Shown here: in pieces, positions 16,702 through 27,742 of the stretch
Numbering within the stretch: the first letter of the stretch is position 1
Layout: the number at the start of each line of letters is the position of its first letter
Source: an uncultured delta proteobacterium
GTDB taxonomy: Bacteria > Desulfobacterota > Desulfobacteria > Desulfobacterales > B30-G6
Reading direction: 5' to 3'
Length of the DNA stretch: 64,000 nt
Assembly: GCA_963823335.1 (NCBI GenBank)
Contig: CAWGLD010000007.1
Coordinates: 256,001-320,000, forward strand
Notes under the pieces: model-generated
What the model was told of the DNA's origin: nothing
Databases searched by the model: none
Seen by the model: only the letters and a program-made list of their open reading frames with translations
Position numbers and translations under genes: made by a program

Positions 16702-18452
16702 AGAAAAAAATGCCAAAAAACTACATCAAAATGCGCATTACCTTTGTAGGTATCTGTTTTTTTCTTTTAATATCAGTTATCTGTGCCAAAGCTATCTATC
16801 TGCAGGTATTCTGTGGGTCGTGGTTGTCAAAAAAAGCGGCCAATCAATACGAGAAATCGTTTGTCCAGGAAGGCAAGCGGGGAACCATCTATGATCGGGA
16901 TGGAAACGAACTGGCCGTCAGTATTGAAGGGACATCCATTGCCGCCTATCTGAATCAGATCGAGGACAAGACATCGACATCCCGGGCACTCGCCGGTATC
17001 CTCAACATGGACAGGCGTAAATTGCTGAAGCAGTTCCAGGCCAGGCAGGGGTTTGTCTGGGTAAAACGGCAGGCCACACCCAAAGAAGTCAGTGCCATCA
17101 AAACGCTCGATATAGAGGGTATCGGTTTCATCCCCGAATACAACCGGTTCTATCCCAACAAATCGGTTGCGGCACAGGTAATTGGTTTTACGGGTATCGA
17201 TGGTAACGGCCTCGAAGGGGCCGAGTATTATTATGACCAGGTTCTAAGCGGAACCGAAGAAAAATACACCGTGCTGAAGGATGCCCTGGGTCGAGGCTTT
17301 TCAAAAGACCTGGAAACAGAGGATCCTGTGTACCGATCGATTCACGGTGGCAAAAACATCGTCCTGACCATCGACCGCAACATTCAGTACATCACCGAGA
17401 CCGCCCTTGAAACTGCGGCAAAGGAATTCTCCGCCAAGTCCGGCATGGCCATCGTCATGGACCCGGGAACAGGCGAGATCCTGGCCTTGTCTCACTATCC
17501 ATCCTTCAATCCAAATGTTTTTGAACAGTACCCGCGCCATCTGTGGCGTAACCGGGCCCTGACAGATCCTTTTGAGCCCGGCTCCACCATGAAAATCTTC
17601 TCTGCAGCGGCTGCATTATCATCTGGAATCTGCAGCCCCAGCACCATTTTCTACTGTGAAAACGGTGCTTACAAGATCGGCTTGAACACCGTCAATGACA
17701 CACATCCCAGGGGCTGGCTCTCCCTGCAGCAGATTGTAAAATATTCCAGCAATATCGGGATTACCAAGGTTATCGAGATGGTGGGTTCTGAAACCCTGTA
17801 CAGCACATTGAAAAAATTCGGGTTCGGAAACAAGACCGGTCTGGATTGCCCGGGGGAAACCTCCGGAATCCTTACACCCAGCAATAAATGGTCTAAAATC
17901 GATACCAGCGCCATCGCATTTGGCCAGGGGATATCGACTTCGGCCGTACAGCTGGTGTCAGCGGCCGGCGCCATTGCAAACGGCGGTACACTCATGAAGC
18001 CTTTTATCGTGCAGTCCATCACCAGCGATAATGGCCGGGTTTTGAAACGGACAACACCCGAAATCACCGGTCGCGCCGTATCACCCGAAGTGGCATCCAT
18101 CGTCAAACGGATCATGCAAACCGTCGTCACAGAGGGCGGTACCGGCACCAGCGCTTTCCTCGATGGTTATACGGTTTGCGGTAAAACCGGAACCGCTCAA
18201 AAAACAGATCAAAGCGGCAACTACGCCCAGGGTAAATACACCTCATCCTTTTTAGGGTTTGCACCAGCCGACAACCCCAGGCTCGTTATTCTGGTGGTTA
18301 TCGATGAGCCCACCGGCGATCACTATGGCGGCATCGTGGCGGCACCGGCATTTCAGCAAATTGCCCATGAAACATTGCAACATCTGAATGTTCCGCCGGA
18401 AACGCCAAAGGGCGCCATCAAGGCCGTGCTGATCACGGGGGGCAACGGTTGA
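16698..18452 (+). CDS. ftsI: Penicillin-binding protein 3 (transpeptidase)
   Basis: RGTIYDR, EPGSTMK (SxxK), SSN, KTGTAQ. Confidence 0.95.
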   Translation: MKKKMPKNYIKMRITFVGICFFLLISVICAKAIYLQVFCGSWLSKKAANQYEKSFVQEGKRGTIYDRDGNELAVSIEGTSIAAYLNQIEDKTSTSRALAGILNMDRRKLLKQFQARQGFVWVKRQATPKEVSAIKTLDIEGIGFIPEYNRFYPNKSVAAQVIGFTGIDGNGLEGAEYYYDQVLSGTEEKYTVLKDALGRGFSKDLETEDPVYRSIHGGKNIVLTIDRNIQYITETALETAAKEFSAKSGMAIVMDPGTGEILALSHYPSFNPNVFEQYPRHLWRNRALTDPFEPGSTMKIFSAAAALSSGICSPSTIFYCENGAYKIGLNTVNDTHPRGWLSLQQIVKYSSNIGITKVIEMVGSETLYSTLKKFGFGNKTGLDCPGETSGILTPSNKWSKIDTSAIAFGQGISTSAVQLVSAAGAIANGGTLMKPFIVQSITSDNGRVLKRTTPEITGRAVSPEVASIVKRIMQTVVTEGGTGTSAFLDGYTVCGKTGTAQKTDQSGNYAQGKYTSSFLGFAPADNPRLVILVVIDEPTGDHYGGIVAAPAFQQIAHETLQHLNVPPETPKGAIKAVLITGGNG

Positions 18453-20008
18453 AACTGAGCGATTTATATACGGCCCTTCATGAGGCCGGCATCAAGGTGG
18501 CTGAGGCTCAAAACAATGACACGACGATACCCAGGCAGGAGATCCAGGTGACATCCCTGCATTACAATACACGCAATGTAAGACCCGGCGGTCTTTTCGT
18601 TGCCATTGAAGGCTTTGCCACCGACGGTCACCGCTACATTCAGGACGCCGTCAAAATGGGAGCAGTGGCAGTGATCTCACAAAAACCGTCTGCAGCCCCC
18701 ATACCCGTTTTTCAGGTGCCTGACTCCCGAAAAGCCCTGGCTGTTCTGGCCGATCACTTTTTTGGAAGTCCCAGCAGGCACATGACCCTTATCGGCATCA
18801 CGGGGACCAACGGCAAGACAACCACTGCCTATCTTGTGGAAAACATCCTTCTCGCAGCCGGTTTCCACGTGGGTGTCATTGGAACCGTCAACTACCGCTA
18901 CAAGGGAAAAATATTTGAAAATCCCGTGACCACACCGGAATCCCTGGACCTCCAGCGAATTCTTGCAGAAATGCTGTCCGCGGGTGTCACCCATGTTGTC
19001 CTGGAAGTTTCTTCCCATGCCATCGACCTGTCGAGAGTCGAGGGCTGCCGGATGGACATGGGTGTATTTACGAATCTCACCCAGGACCATCTGGACTATC
19101 ATGGTGATATGGATCGATACTGGGCGTGTAAAAAGAAACTGTTTACCAAATACCTGGGGGTCGATAAAAAAGCCTTGGCAGTTATCAATACGGACAACCC
19201 GCAGGGTCTGGAACTTGTTTCAGACCTGACCTACCCATGCATGACAACAGGTTGCTCACCAGACAGCATGGTTCATGCCGAATCGATGACCATCGATTTA
19301 GACGGTATCAGGGGCAGTATTGCCACCCCCCAAGGTTCCATTCAATTCGATTCCGCCCTTGTCGGCCGGCACAATCTGGAAAATATTCTAAGTGCCACAG
19401 GTGTGGGATCAGCGCTGGCCCTGCCACCCGATGCAATACAGACCGGCATCGACCGGACACGATCGGTGCCGGGGCGGCTTGAGCGTGTTCCCGGGAGCCC
19501 GGGCCTGCCGGTCTACATTGATTACGCCCACACACCGGATGCCCTTGAAAATGTGCTCACGGCCCTGAAACAGCTGGCACCTGAACGCATCATCTGTATT
19601 TTTGGCTGCGGAGGCAACAGAGACAGGACCAAAAGGCCCCTGATGGGACAGATTGCAGCGGCCTTGTCCCATCTCACCATTGTCACCTCCGACAATCCGA
19701 GATCCGAAAATCCAGGAGACATTATCGACCAGATTCTGCCGGGCATCCGACATGTCTGTCAAAAAGAGTACGCCGTCAAGGAACTGAAGCAAGGTTTCAA
19801 AGACAGGGGTTTCTGCCGGGAACCCGACCGGAAACGTGCCATTGAAACAGGTATCCGGGCCGCAAAACCGGGTGATATGGTTCTCATTGCAGGCAAAGGC
19901 CATGAAACGTATCAGATTATCGGAGATACATCCAACCCCTTCGACGACCGGGCTGTGGCACAGTCCGTGTTGTCTGCACTACATGCGGAGGTAGATAAAC
20001 AGCGGTGA
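18449..20008 (+). CDS. murE: UDP-MurNAc-dipeptide--diaminopimelate ligase
   Basis: GITGTNGKTTT, TTPES, EVSSH, DYAHTPD, DNPR (DAP specificity), AGKGHE. Confidence 0.96.
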   Translation: MKLSDLYTALHEAGIKVAEAQNNDTTIPRQEIQVTSLHYNTRNVRPGGLFVAIEGFATDGHRYIQDAVKMGAVAVISQKPSAAPIPVFQVPDSRKALAVLADHFFGSPSRHMTLIGITGTNGKTTTAYLVENILLAAGFHVGVIGTVNYRYKGKIFENPVTTPESLDLQRILAEMLSAGVTHVVLEVSSHAIDLSRVEGCRMDMGVFTNLTQDHLDYHGDMDRYWACKKKLFTKYLGVDKKALAVINTDNPQGLELVSDLTYPCMTTGCSPDSMVHAESMTIDLDGIRGSIATPQGSIQFDSALVGRHNLENILSATGVGSALALPPDAIQTGIDRTRSVPGRLERVPGSPGLPVYIDYAHTPDALENVLTALKQLAPERIICIFGCGGNRDRTKRPLMGQIAAALSHLTIVTSDNPRSENPGDIIDQILPGIRHVCQKEYAVKELKQGFKDRGFCREPDRKRAIETGIRAAKPGDMVLIAGKGHETYQIIGDTSNPFDDRAVAQSVLSALHAEVDKQR

Positions 20009-21441
20009 TTACCCAGCAACCGACAGTCTGGTCCGTACGTGACATCATGGATGCCACCGGTGGTATTCTTTATGCCGGCAGCAAATCATCACGCTTTAAC
20101 GGGTTCAGCATCGATTCCAGGACCATTGGTCAGGATCAGTGCTTTATCTGTCTGACGGGTGATATCCATGACGGTCATACATTTATTCCGGATATTATCA
20201 GACAGGGTGTTTCGGGAATCATTCTTCACCAAGAGAAAACTGAACCGGCGCTGCTTACAAGCCTGGAAAAAGCCGGTGTCTTCTGTGTGGCCGTAAAAGA
20301 CACCCTGACAGCCCTCGGAGATCTTGCCTCGTTTCACCGGTTTCGATGGAATCTCTCTGTGATCACCCTGACCGGATCCAACGGCAAGACAACCACGCGT
20401 ACCATGATCACAGAGGTCGTCAACCGCCGATTCAAGACCCTGTCGCCGTTTGGCAACTTCAACAACCTGGTGGGGGTTCCCCTGACACTCCTGAGAGCCC
20501 GCCGGAGCCATGAATGGGCCATTCTGGAACTGGGGATGAATCGTCCCGGTGAAATTCGTCGATTAGGTCAGATCTGTTCGCCGGATATTGGTGTGATTAC
20601 CAACATCGGCCCGGCACACCTGGAAGGGCTGGGTTCTCTGGAAGGCATCATGAATGCCAAAGGTGAAATGCTCGAAACATTGTCATCAAAAGACAGGTTA
20701 ATTCTCAATGCCGACGACCCCATGGTTATGCGTCTGATCAAGCGGGCACCGTGTAAACCCATCCTGTTCGGTCTGTCCAAAAATGCGGATATCAGGGCAA
20801 CCGCCCTGAAAAACAACGCATCCAGCGTCTCCTTTCGGCTCCACGTCACCGGCGGCGATATCCAGGTGACCCTGCCCATCCCCGGAGCGTTCAACGTATC
20901 CAACGCGCTGGCTGCCGCTGCTGTGGGGCTGTGTCTCGAGATACCCTTAAACCAGATCAAAGCAGCCCTGGGGTCATTCATACCGGTCAAGGGAAGAATG
21001 AACATACTGCGGACGGTTGCCGGACCTCATCTCATCGATGACACCTACAATGCCAACCCGGAGTCGGTCAAAGCAGCCATTCGCACACTGGCCGGTCTCC
21101 GAAAAAAGCAGCGGGGAATGGCCGTGCTGGGAGACATGCTCGAACTCGGCCAGGCTTCCATGGACCTGCATGCCCAGGTCGGCAGGTTTGCGGCGGCATC
21201 GGGTCTGGCCAGGCTCTATGTAACGGGTAGTTTTGCCGATGCCGTCCGAAAAGGTGCCATAGATGGCGGAATGGCGACAGCAGACATCCTTTGCGGATCA
21301 AAAGATGACATTTTTGATGCACTCAAGAAAACCATCGAACCGAAGGACTGGATTCTGATCAAGGGATCCAGGGGTATGCGTATGGAAACCCTGGTTCAAG
21401 CACTTCAGGCCGAATACGGCCGAAGGGAAGTGTCAGCATGA
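20005..21441 (+). CDS. murF: UDP-MurNAc-tripeptide--D-Ala-D-Ala ligase
   Basis: [41 protein letters not shown]. Confidence 0.96.
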   Translation: MITQQPTVWSVRDIMDATGGILYAGSKSSRFNGFSIDSRTIGQDQCFICLTGDIHDGHTFIPDIIRQGVSGIILHQEKTEPALLTSLEKAGVFCVAVKDTLTALGDLASFHRFRWNLSVITLTGSNGKTTTRTMITEVVNRRFKTLSPFGNFNNLVGVPLTLLRARRSHEWAILELGMNRPGEIRRLGQICSPDIGVITNIGPAHLEGLGSLEGIMNAKGEMLETLSSKDRLILNADDPMVMRLIKRAPCKPILFGLSKNADIRATALKNNASSVSFRLHVTGGDIQVTLPIPGAFNVSNALAAAAVGLCLEIPLNQIKAALGSFIPVKGRMNILRTVAGPHLIDDTYNANPESVKAAIRTLAGLRKKQRGMAVLGDMLELGQASMDLHAQVGRFAAASGLARLYVTGSFADAVRKGAIDGGMATADILCGSKDDIFDALKKTIEPKDWILIKGSRGMRMETLVQALQAEYGRREVSA

Positions 21442-22517
21442 TTTACCACCTGCTATATCCGTTGCATACATCCATATCGGCTTTCAATGTGTTTCGGTAC
21501 ATAACGTTCCGGACGATTTATGCCAGTCTAACTGCCTTCATCATCTGTTTTTTGCTGGGGCCCTGGATCATACGGCGGCTCAGAATGCTTCAGGTGGGTC
21601 AATACATTCAGGAAGATGGTCCCGACACCCATCACACCAAGGCCGGCACACCCACCATGGGCGGTATCCTGATTCTATTTTCCATTCTGGTCTCGACGCT
21701 GCTGTGGGCCAATCTGACCAATGCCTACATCTGGGTCGTACTCCTGATCGTCGTCGGGTACGGGAGCATCGGCTTTGTGGATGACTATCTGATGCTCATT
21801 AAAAAACGTAACAAGGGACTATCGGCCAAAAGCAAGTTTTTCGCCCAGGCAGCCCTGGCTGCGGTGGCCGGATTCCTGCTCTATCTGAACCCGGACTTCG
21901 ACACCCGGGTGACCCTCCCGTTTTTCAAACAGATCTCCCCGAACCTGGGTCTCGGGTATATCGCCTTCGCTGTTCTGGTGATCGTGGGAACGTCCAATGC
22001 CGTCAATCTGACGGATGGACTGGATGGACTGGCCATCGGTCCTGTCATCATTGCAGCGGCCACGTATATGATTTTTGCCTATGTCACCGGTCATGTCAAA
22101 CTGGCAGAGTATCTCCAGATAAACTATGTGTCCGGCGGTGGAGAACTGGCCATCATGTGCGGTGCTATAGCCGGTGCCGGTCTCGGGTTTCTCTGGTTTA
22201 ACGCATACCCTGCCCAGATATTCATGGGTGACGTGGGCTCTCTTTCCCTGGGGGGTGCCCTGGGATCCATCGCCGTCATCACCAAACAGGAAATCCTGAT
22301 GGTTATCGTGGGCGGTCTTTTTGTCATCGAGGCGCTCTCGGTGATATTTCAGGTAAGTTTTTTCAAAATGACCAATGGGGGTCGCATATTCAGAATGGCG
22401 CCTTTGCACCATCACTTTGAATTGAAAGGGGTCCCGGAACCCAAGATCATTGTTCGATTCTGGATAATTGCCATCGCCCTGGCACTGATTTCCATGAGCA
22501 CATTGAAATTGAGATAG
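21438..22517 (+). CDS. mraY: Phospho-N-acetylmuramoyl-pentapeptide transferase
   Basis: [38 protein letters not shown]. Confidence 0.97.
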   Translation: MIYHLLYPLHTSISAFNVFRYITFRTIYASLTAFIICFLLGPWIIRRLRMLQVGQYIQEDGPDTHHTKAGTPTMGGILILFSILVSTLLWANLTNAYIWVVLLIVVGYGSIGFVDDYLMLIKKRNKGLSAKSKFFAQAALAAVAGFLLYLNPDFDTRVTLPFFKQISPNLGLGYIAFAVLVIVGTSNAVNLTDGLDGLAIGPVIIAAATYMIFAYVTGHVKLAEYLQINYVSGGGELAIMCGAIAGAGLGFLWFNAYPAQIFMGDVGSLSLGGALGSIAVITKQEILMVIVGGLFVIEALSVIFQVSFFKMTNGGRIFRMAPLHHHFELKGVPEPKIIVRFWIIAIALALISMSTLKLR

Positions 22518-22520
22518 GCA

Positions 22521-23924
22521 ATGGAACTTGCACACACAAAAGCACTGGTGGTTGGCATGGGGCGATCCGGCTTCGAGACAGCCTCCTTTCTGGCCCAACG
22601 GGGCGCAGCGGTCACAATTTCGGAAATGGCGGGAGAAAATGAAATGGGTGAAGCCGCCCGTAAATTTCGTGAACTGGGTGTACGGACCGAGTTCGGAGGG
22701 CATGCCGCGAAAACCTTCACCGAGGCTGACTTCATTGTCATCAGCCCCGGGGTACCCCATACGATTCCGCCTGTTCGGGCTGCGCAAGAAAAGGGAATCC
22801 CTTTGATGGGTGAAATCGAACTGGCATCCCGCTTTATCAAAGAGCCGATGATCGCCGTGACAGGGACCAATGGGAAAACCACAACCACCCGGCTCATCGG
22901 CGACATGCTGGAACACTCGGGACAGACCGTATTTGTGGGCGGAAACATCGGCAACCCATTGATCGGCTACCTGACCGGTCCTAAAAATGCCCATCGCCTG
23001 GTGGTGGAAGTCAGCAGTTTCCAGCTCGATACGATCACATCGTTCCGACCGGACATCAGTCTGCTTTTGAACATTACCGACGACCATCTGGACCGCTATT
23101 CAGACATAGAGGCCTATGCAAAAGCCAAGGGCCGTATCCTGGAGAACCAGAACAAGAACGACATCACTGTGCTGAACGGTGAAGACAGACGCATCAGGAA
23201 ACTCTGTGTCACCTGCAAACCCGAGAAGGTGTTTTTCGCGGGTCGCCTGGAAAAGGAAAAAGGGGCTGATATCGGGACACATGCCATCACATTTCACGGT
23301 CTGGATCGTCTCCAGGGAAAAGACCCGCAAAAAAGAAAACCCGGTCAGCACTTACACGAAAACCGGGCGGCCATCGCGTTGGAACGTGTAGCAGTGAAAT
23401 GCCGGCACGAGCTGGAAAATATTTCCGCCGCCGCTCTGGCAGCACTGGTTGCCGGCGGAACACTGACCGGAATACAGAAAGCTCTTGAAGCATTCAGGGG
23501 ACTGCCCCATCGCATGGAACGTGTGGCCACCCTGGATGGCATTGTCTTTTACAATGACTCCAAGGCCACCAACGTGGACGCGGTTCTGCGGGCAATAGAA
23601 TGTCTGCAGGGCCCTATCCACCTAATCATGGGCGGACGGGACAAGGGCGGGCAGTTTCATTTGCTTGAAGCGTCTGTCCGAGAGAAGGTCAAAAACCTGA
23701 TTCTGCTGGGTGAAGCATCAGGGGAAATCAAAACCGCTCTGGGGAACCTGACCACCACCAGAATCGTTAAGACCATGACAGACGCCGTGGCGTTTGCGCA
23801 TGCCGCAGCATCTTCGGGTGAAGTGGTTCTCCTGTCACCCGCATGTGCCAGTTTCGATATGTATCGAGATTACAAGGAACGCGGTGACGCGTTCCGCAAG
23901 ATCGTATGTCAGCGGAATAAATGA
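22521..23924 (+). CDS. murD: UDP-MurNAc-L-Ala--D-Glu ligase
   Basis: SPGVP, GTNGKTTTT, GGNIG, EVSSFQL, NDSKATN, SPACASFD. Confidence 0.96.
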   Translation: MELAHTKALVVGMGRSGFETASFLAQRGAAVTISEMAGENEMGEAARKFRELGVRTEFGGHAAKTFTEADFIVISPGVPHTIPPVRAAQEKGIPLMGEIELASRFIKEPMIAVTGTNGKTTTTRLIGDMLEHSGQTVFVGGNIGNPLIGYLTGPKNAHRLVVEVSSFQLDTITSFRPDISLLLNITDDHLDRYSDIEAYAKAKGRILENQNKNDITVLNGEDRRIRKLCVTCKPEKVFFAGRLEKEKGADIGTHAITFHGLDRLQGKDPQKRKPGQHLHENRAAIALERVAVKCRHELENISAAALAALVAGGTLTGIQKALEAFRGLPHRMERVATLDGIVFYNDSKATNVDAVLRAIECLQGPIHLIMGGRDKGGQFHLLEASVREKVKNLILLGEASGEIKTALGNLTTTRIVKTMTDAVAFAHAAASSGEVVLLSPACASFDMYRDYKERGDAFRKIVCQRNK

Positions 23925-25033
23925 AAAATTCAGAAACCACAGCATTGACCTATGATATCACGCTCCTTTTCTCGGTGCTTTTCCTGGTTGGCATCGGGAT
24001 CGTGATGGTCTACAGCGCAAGCTCGGCGCTTGCACTCAAGAAATTCAGTTCAGACTACTATTTTCTGAAGCGGCAGGCCTTTTTTTCTCTGATGGGCATG
24101 ATTGCGCTGGTGGCCTGCGGACACATCCCCCTGCCTGTTTACAGATCCCTGGCGTATCCTCTGCTGGCCACCGCTCTTATTCTCCTGTTGCTGGTGCCCT
24201 TCAGTAACTTTGGTGTCACAGCCGGGGGGGCCAAACGGTGGCTCAGCATCATGGGTATTTCGTTCCAGCCGTCAGAAATCGCCCGTCTGGCCATGGTCGT
24301 ATACCTGGCCTTTTCCTTGAGCAAAAAGCAGGATAATATCAAAGACTTTTCCATTGGATTCCTGCCCCATCTTATCGTTCTGTGCATCTTTACAGGTCTC
24401 ATCCTCCTGCAACCGGATTTTGGGTCTGTGGTTATTCTCGGCACCATTACCTGGATTTTGCTGTTCGTGGGCGGCGTCCGGCTGAGATACCTGTTCTCTT
24501 TTGTCCTGCTGATTCTGCCCATGATCTATTACGTCATGCTTAACGCCGACTACCGACTCCGCCGAATTACCAGTTTCCTGGATCCCTGGCAGTATCCAAC
24601 AGAAGATGGCTATCAAATCATACATTCACTCATGGCTTTCGGCACAGGAGGTGTCTGGGGAGCCGGAATCGGCAAGGGGTATCAGAAACTCTTTTATCTG
24701 CCGGAACCGCACACGGATTTTATTTTCTCGGTGATCGGAGAGGAACTCGGTCTTGTGGGCATCTTGGTAATCGTATCTCTATACGCGCTCATTCTGTGGC
24801 GAGGCGTCAGCATTGCACGAAATGCTGGGGATTCTTTCTCGGTCTTCATGGCCACCGGTATTACGGCGTCAATTCTGCTGCAGGTATGCGTCAACATGTG
24901 CGTTACCCTCGGTCTGCTTCCCACAAAAGGATTGACGCTGCCGTTTCTAAGCTACGGGGGCACATCACTACTGGTCAACATGGCTTCCATAGGTATTCTT
25001 ATGAACATAGGGGCACGACATGCTGCAAAATAG
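23921..25033 (+). CDS. ftsW: Peptidoglycan polymerase FtsW
   Basis: VYSAS, GAKRW, FQPSE, QPDFG, LPEPHTDFIF, LPFLSYGG. Confidence 0.96.
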   Translation: MKNSETTALTYDITLLFSVLFLVGIGIVMVYSASSALALKKFSSDYYFLKRQAFFSLMGMIALVACGHIPLPVYRSLAYPLLATALILLLLVPFSNFGVTAGGAKRWLSIMGISFQPSEIARLAMVVYLAFSLSKKQDNIKDFSIGFLPHLIVLCIFTGLILLQPDFGSVVILGTITWILLFVGGVRLRYLFSFVLLILPMIYYVMLNADYRLRRITSFLDPWQYPTEDGYQIIHSLMAFGTGGVWGAGIGKGYQKLFYLPEPHTDFIFSVIGEELGLVGILVIVSLYALILWRGVSIARNAGDSFSVFMATGITASILLQVCVNMCVTLGLLPTKGLTLPFLSYGGTSLLVNMASIGILMNIGARHAAK

Positions 25034-26174
25034 AACCATCCGGATGATTTCCCTGGTAATTGCCGGCGGAGGTACGGGCGGACATTTATTTCCAGGCATT
25101 GCCGTTGCGGAAGAAGTTCTGGCCGCCGACACGCACAGCCATGTATGCTTCATCGGTACTGGGAATCGTTTTGAAACCAGCGTTTTAAGTGCTAAAGGTT
25201 TCGAACAGAAGCACATCCGGGTCCAGAGCCTGAAGGGGAAAACCATCCTCCAGCAGATCAAGGCCCTGGCTTTCCTTCCCTGGAGTATTTTGGCGGCAAT
25301 ATGGTTACTCAAGAAACCCCGTCCGGATGTCGTGCTGGGTGTGGGAGGATATTCTGCCGGTCCTGTGGTAATCGCTGCCTGGATTCTGCGCATTCCCAGA
25401 GCGCTTCACGAGCAGAATGTGATTCCCGGTATGACCAACCGTATGCTCTCATATTTTGCAGACCGGATTTATGTGTCCTTTGCGGGCACCCGAATCAAAG
25501 CGCCGGCAAATAAAATCCATCTGACAGGGAATCCTGTGAGAAAAGAAATACTGTCCTGCTTGAAAAGCACCCCCCCCGCCACAAGAGCTTCCGTGACCCC
25601 TGACAAGCCCTTCACCGTCTTCATCGTCGGTGGGAGCCAGGGAGCGCACCGTATCAACACGGCTGTCATGGCGGCCCTGTCACACATCACGTCTAAGGAC
25701 AGGATCGTCTTCATCCATCAGACAGGCGCTGCGGATGAAGATCTTGTTAGAGAAGCATACCGTCGGCACAAAATTACCGGAACAGCAAAAACCTTCTTTC
25801 ATCACATGGAAAAGCATTATCGAAAAGCAGATCTGGTAATCTGCAGAGCCGGGGCATCGACCATCGCCGAGCTGACGGTGCTGGGGAAAAGCGTTATCTT
25901 CGTTCCCTATCCATTTGCAGCCGATGACCACCAGGCCCTCAATGCCCGCCAACTCGTTTCCGTGGGAGCGGCGGAGCTGATCCTTGAAAAAGACCTGAGC
26001 GGAGAGCTTCTGGCCAAAAAAATCGAGCACTATGCATCGTCGCCGGATAAACTCGCCATCATGGCCGCCAACATGCGAAAACAGGCCCAGCCGGATGCGG
26101 CCAGAGCTATCGCGCAGGATTTATACGAACTCGCAGCTTCGAAGGAAAAAGCGGTGAGTGGTGTTAGGTTTTAG
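25020..26174 (+). CDS. murG: Undecaprenyl-PP-MurNAc-pentapeptide GlcNAc transferase
   Basis: GGGTGGHLFP, GGY, HEQN, GNPVR, GGSQGA, RAGASTIAE. Confidence 0.96.
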   Translation: MLQNRTIRMISLVIAGGGTGGHLFPGIAVAEEVLAADTHSHVCFIGTGNRFETSVLSAKGFEQKHIRVQSLKGKTILQQIKALAFLPWSILAAIWLLKKPRPDVVLGVGGYSAGPVVIAAWILRIPRALHEQNVIPGMTNRMLSYFADRIYVSFAGTRIKAPANKIHLTGNPVRKEILSCLKSTPPATRASVTPDKPFTVFIVGGSQGAHRINTAVMAALSHITSKDRIVFIHQTGAADEDLVREAYRRHKITGTAKTFFHHMEKHYRKADLVICRAGASTIAELTVLGKSVIFVPYPFAADDHQALNARQLVSVGAAELILEKDLSGELLAKKIEHYASSPDKLAIMAANMRKQAQPDAARAIAQDLYELAASKEKAVSGVRF

Positions 26175-26272
26175 GTTGGCTTACAGCCAAGAGCGACAAT
26201 AAATGACGCGCGTAGCGCAAATGACGTCCGCAGGACGAATATAGCCCGAAGGGCAAATGACATCTGAAATAA
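26162..26272 (+). repeat. Second GNA mini-hairpin array (3 intact plus 1 degenerate unit) with leader and heptamers
   Basis: ttaggttttaggtt...agcgacaat aaatgac gcgc-gta-gcgc aaatgac gtcc-gca-ggac gaatata gccc-gaa-gggc aaatgac atct-gaa. Confidence 0.9.
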
Positions 26273-26338
26273 TGGATGAACTGAAATTATAACAAGCAAC
26301 TAAACATCGTTCGGCAAAACGAGGAAACAGGCAAGTAA

Positions 26339-27721
26339 ATGTACCATAAACAATATCATATCCATTTTGTCGGAATCGGCGGCATCGGAATGAGTGGAAT
26401 TGCAGAGTTGTTGATCAATCTTGGATACACGGTGTCCGGCTCAGATATTACACTGTCCGATATTACCAGTCGTCTTGAGACACTCGGCGGCACCATATAC
26501 CGTGGTCACAGCGGAGCGAACATCCAGAATGCTGACGTGGTGGTCACATCTTCGGCCGTGAAAAGCAGCAACGCTGAAGTTCTGGCAGCAGAACAGCTCG
26601 CCATTCCCGTGATCCCCAGAGCAGAAATGCTTGCCGAGCTCATGCGTCTGAAATACAGCATCGCTATTGCCGGCGCCCATGGCAAGACATCCACCACATC
26701 TATCGTTTCATCTATTCTGGCCGAGGGAGGGCTGGATCCCACGGTGGTCATCGGAGGCAGGTTGAAGAGTATCGGGTCCAACGCGCTGCTCGGGCAAGGA
26801 GAGTACATCGTTGCCGAGGCCGATGAAAGTGATGGTTCCTTTCTCAAGATGTCCCCGGCCATTGCCGTGGTTACCAATATCGACCGGGAGCATCTGGATT
26901 ACTATCCGGACATCTCCGCAATTAAAAATGCATTTTTGGAATTTATCCAGAAGGTTCCCTTTTATGGTTTAGGGGTACTCTGTCTGGACAACGAGCATAT
27001 TCAGGAACTCTTACCGGCCATCAAGAAGCGGTTTGTCACCTATGGCATGAGTTCCCAAGCCGATGTGCAGGCCAGAAATGTCCGTTTTGAAGGGCTGAAA
27101 AGCCGATTCGATATCTATTCTGAGGGTGAAACCCTAGGAGAAATTTATCTCAATCTGCCTGGCAACCACAGTATCGCCAATGCCATGGCAGGTATTGCCG
27201 TCGGACGCGAGTTGGGTATCCCTTTTCCTGTCATCAAGACAGCACTCGAAAAGGTTGAAGGTGTCCAGAGACGACTTGAAATCAAAGGCGAGCAGAACGG
27301 TATCACCGTGGTGGATGACTATGGACACCATCCCACCGAAATCAAGGCCACGCTCCAGGCCATCAAGGATGCCTGGCCGAACCGTCGAAAAGTAGTGGTG
27401 TTTCAGCCGCACCGGTATTCGAGGACCCAGGCATTGTTTCATGAATTCACGCGTTCTTTTTATCAATCAAATGTTCTGCTGGTGCTGCCCATTTACTCGG
27501 CAGGTGAACAGATTATTGAGGGCGTCAACGGACACGACCTGTGTGAAGGTATCATGGCCCACGGCCACAAAGAAGTCATCAGCACGGACGGTATCGACAG
27601 CGCCGTTGGTCACTTACAAAAAATACTGCGCAGGGATGACGTCCTGCTGACCCTCGGAGCCGGAGATGTCTGGAAAGTGGGTGAGGCAGTGTTGACGAGG
27701 GTTGGAGGGTTGGAGGGTTGA
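26339..27721 (+). CDS. murC: UDP-MurNAc--L-alanine ligase
   Basis: HFVGIGGIGMSGIA, GAHGKTSTT, EADESD, DDYGHHPTE, FQPHRYSRT. Confidence 0.97.
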   Translation: MYHKQYHIHFVGIGGIGMSGIAELLINLGYTVSGSDITLSDITSRLETLGGTIYRGHSGANIQNADVVVTSSAVKSSNAEVLAAEQLAIPVIPRAEMLAELMRLKYSIAIAGAHGKTSTTSIVSSILAEGGLDPTVVIGGRLKSIGSNALLGQGEYIVAEADESDGSFLKMSPAIAVVTNIDREHLDYYPDISAIKNAFLEFIQKVPFYGLGVLCLDNEHIQELLPAIKKRFVTYGMSSQADVQARNVRFEGLKSRFDIYSEGETLGEIYLNLPGNHSIANAMAGIAVGRELGIPFPVIKTALEKVEGVQRRLEIKGEQNGITVVDDYGHHPTEIKATLQAIKDAWPNRRKVVVFQPHRYSRTQALFHEFTRSFYQSNVLLVLPIYSAGEQIIEGVNGHDLCEGIMAHGHKEVISTDGIDSAVGHLQKILRRDDVLLTLGAGDVWKVGEAVLTRVGGLEG

Positions 27722-27728
27722 AGGGTAG
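27697..27728 (+). repeat. Octamer tandem repeat GAGGGTTG x3-4 overlapping the murC stop
   Basis: gagggttg gagggttg gagggttg aagggtag. Confidence 0.85.
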
Positions 27729-27742
27729 CTTAATGCTCAAAC

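Noticed and set aside
21819-23087. 422-aa minus-strand ORF
   Set aside because: Antisense shadow of mraY/murD.
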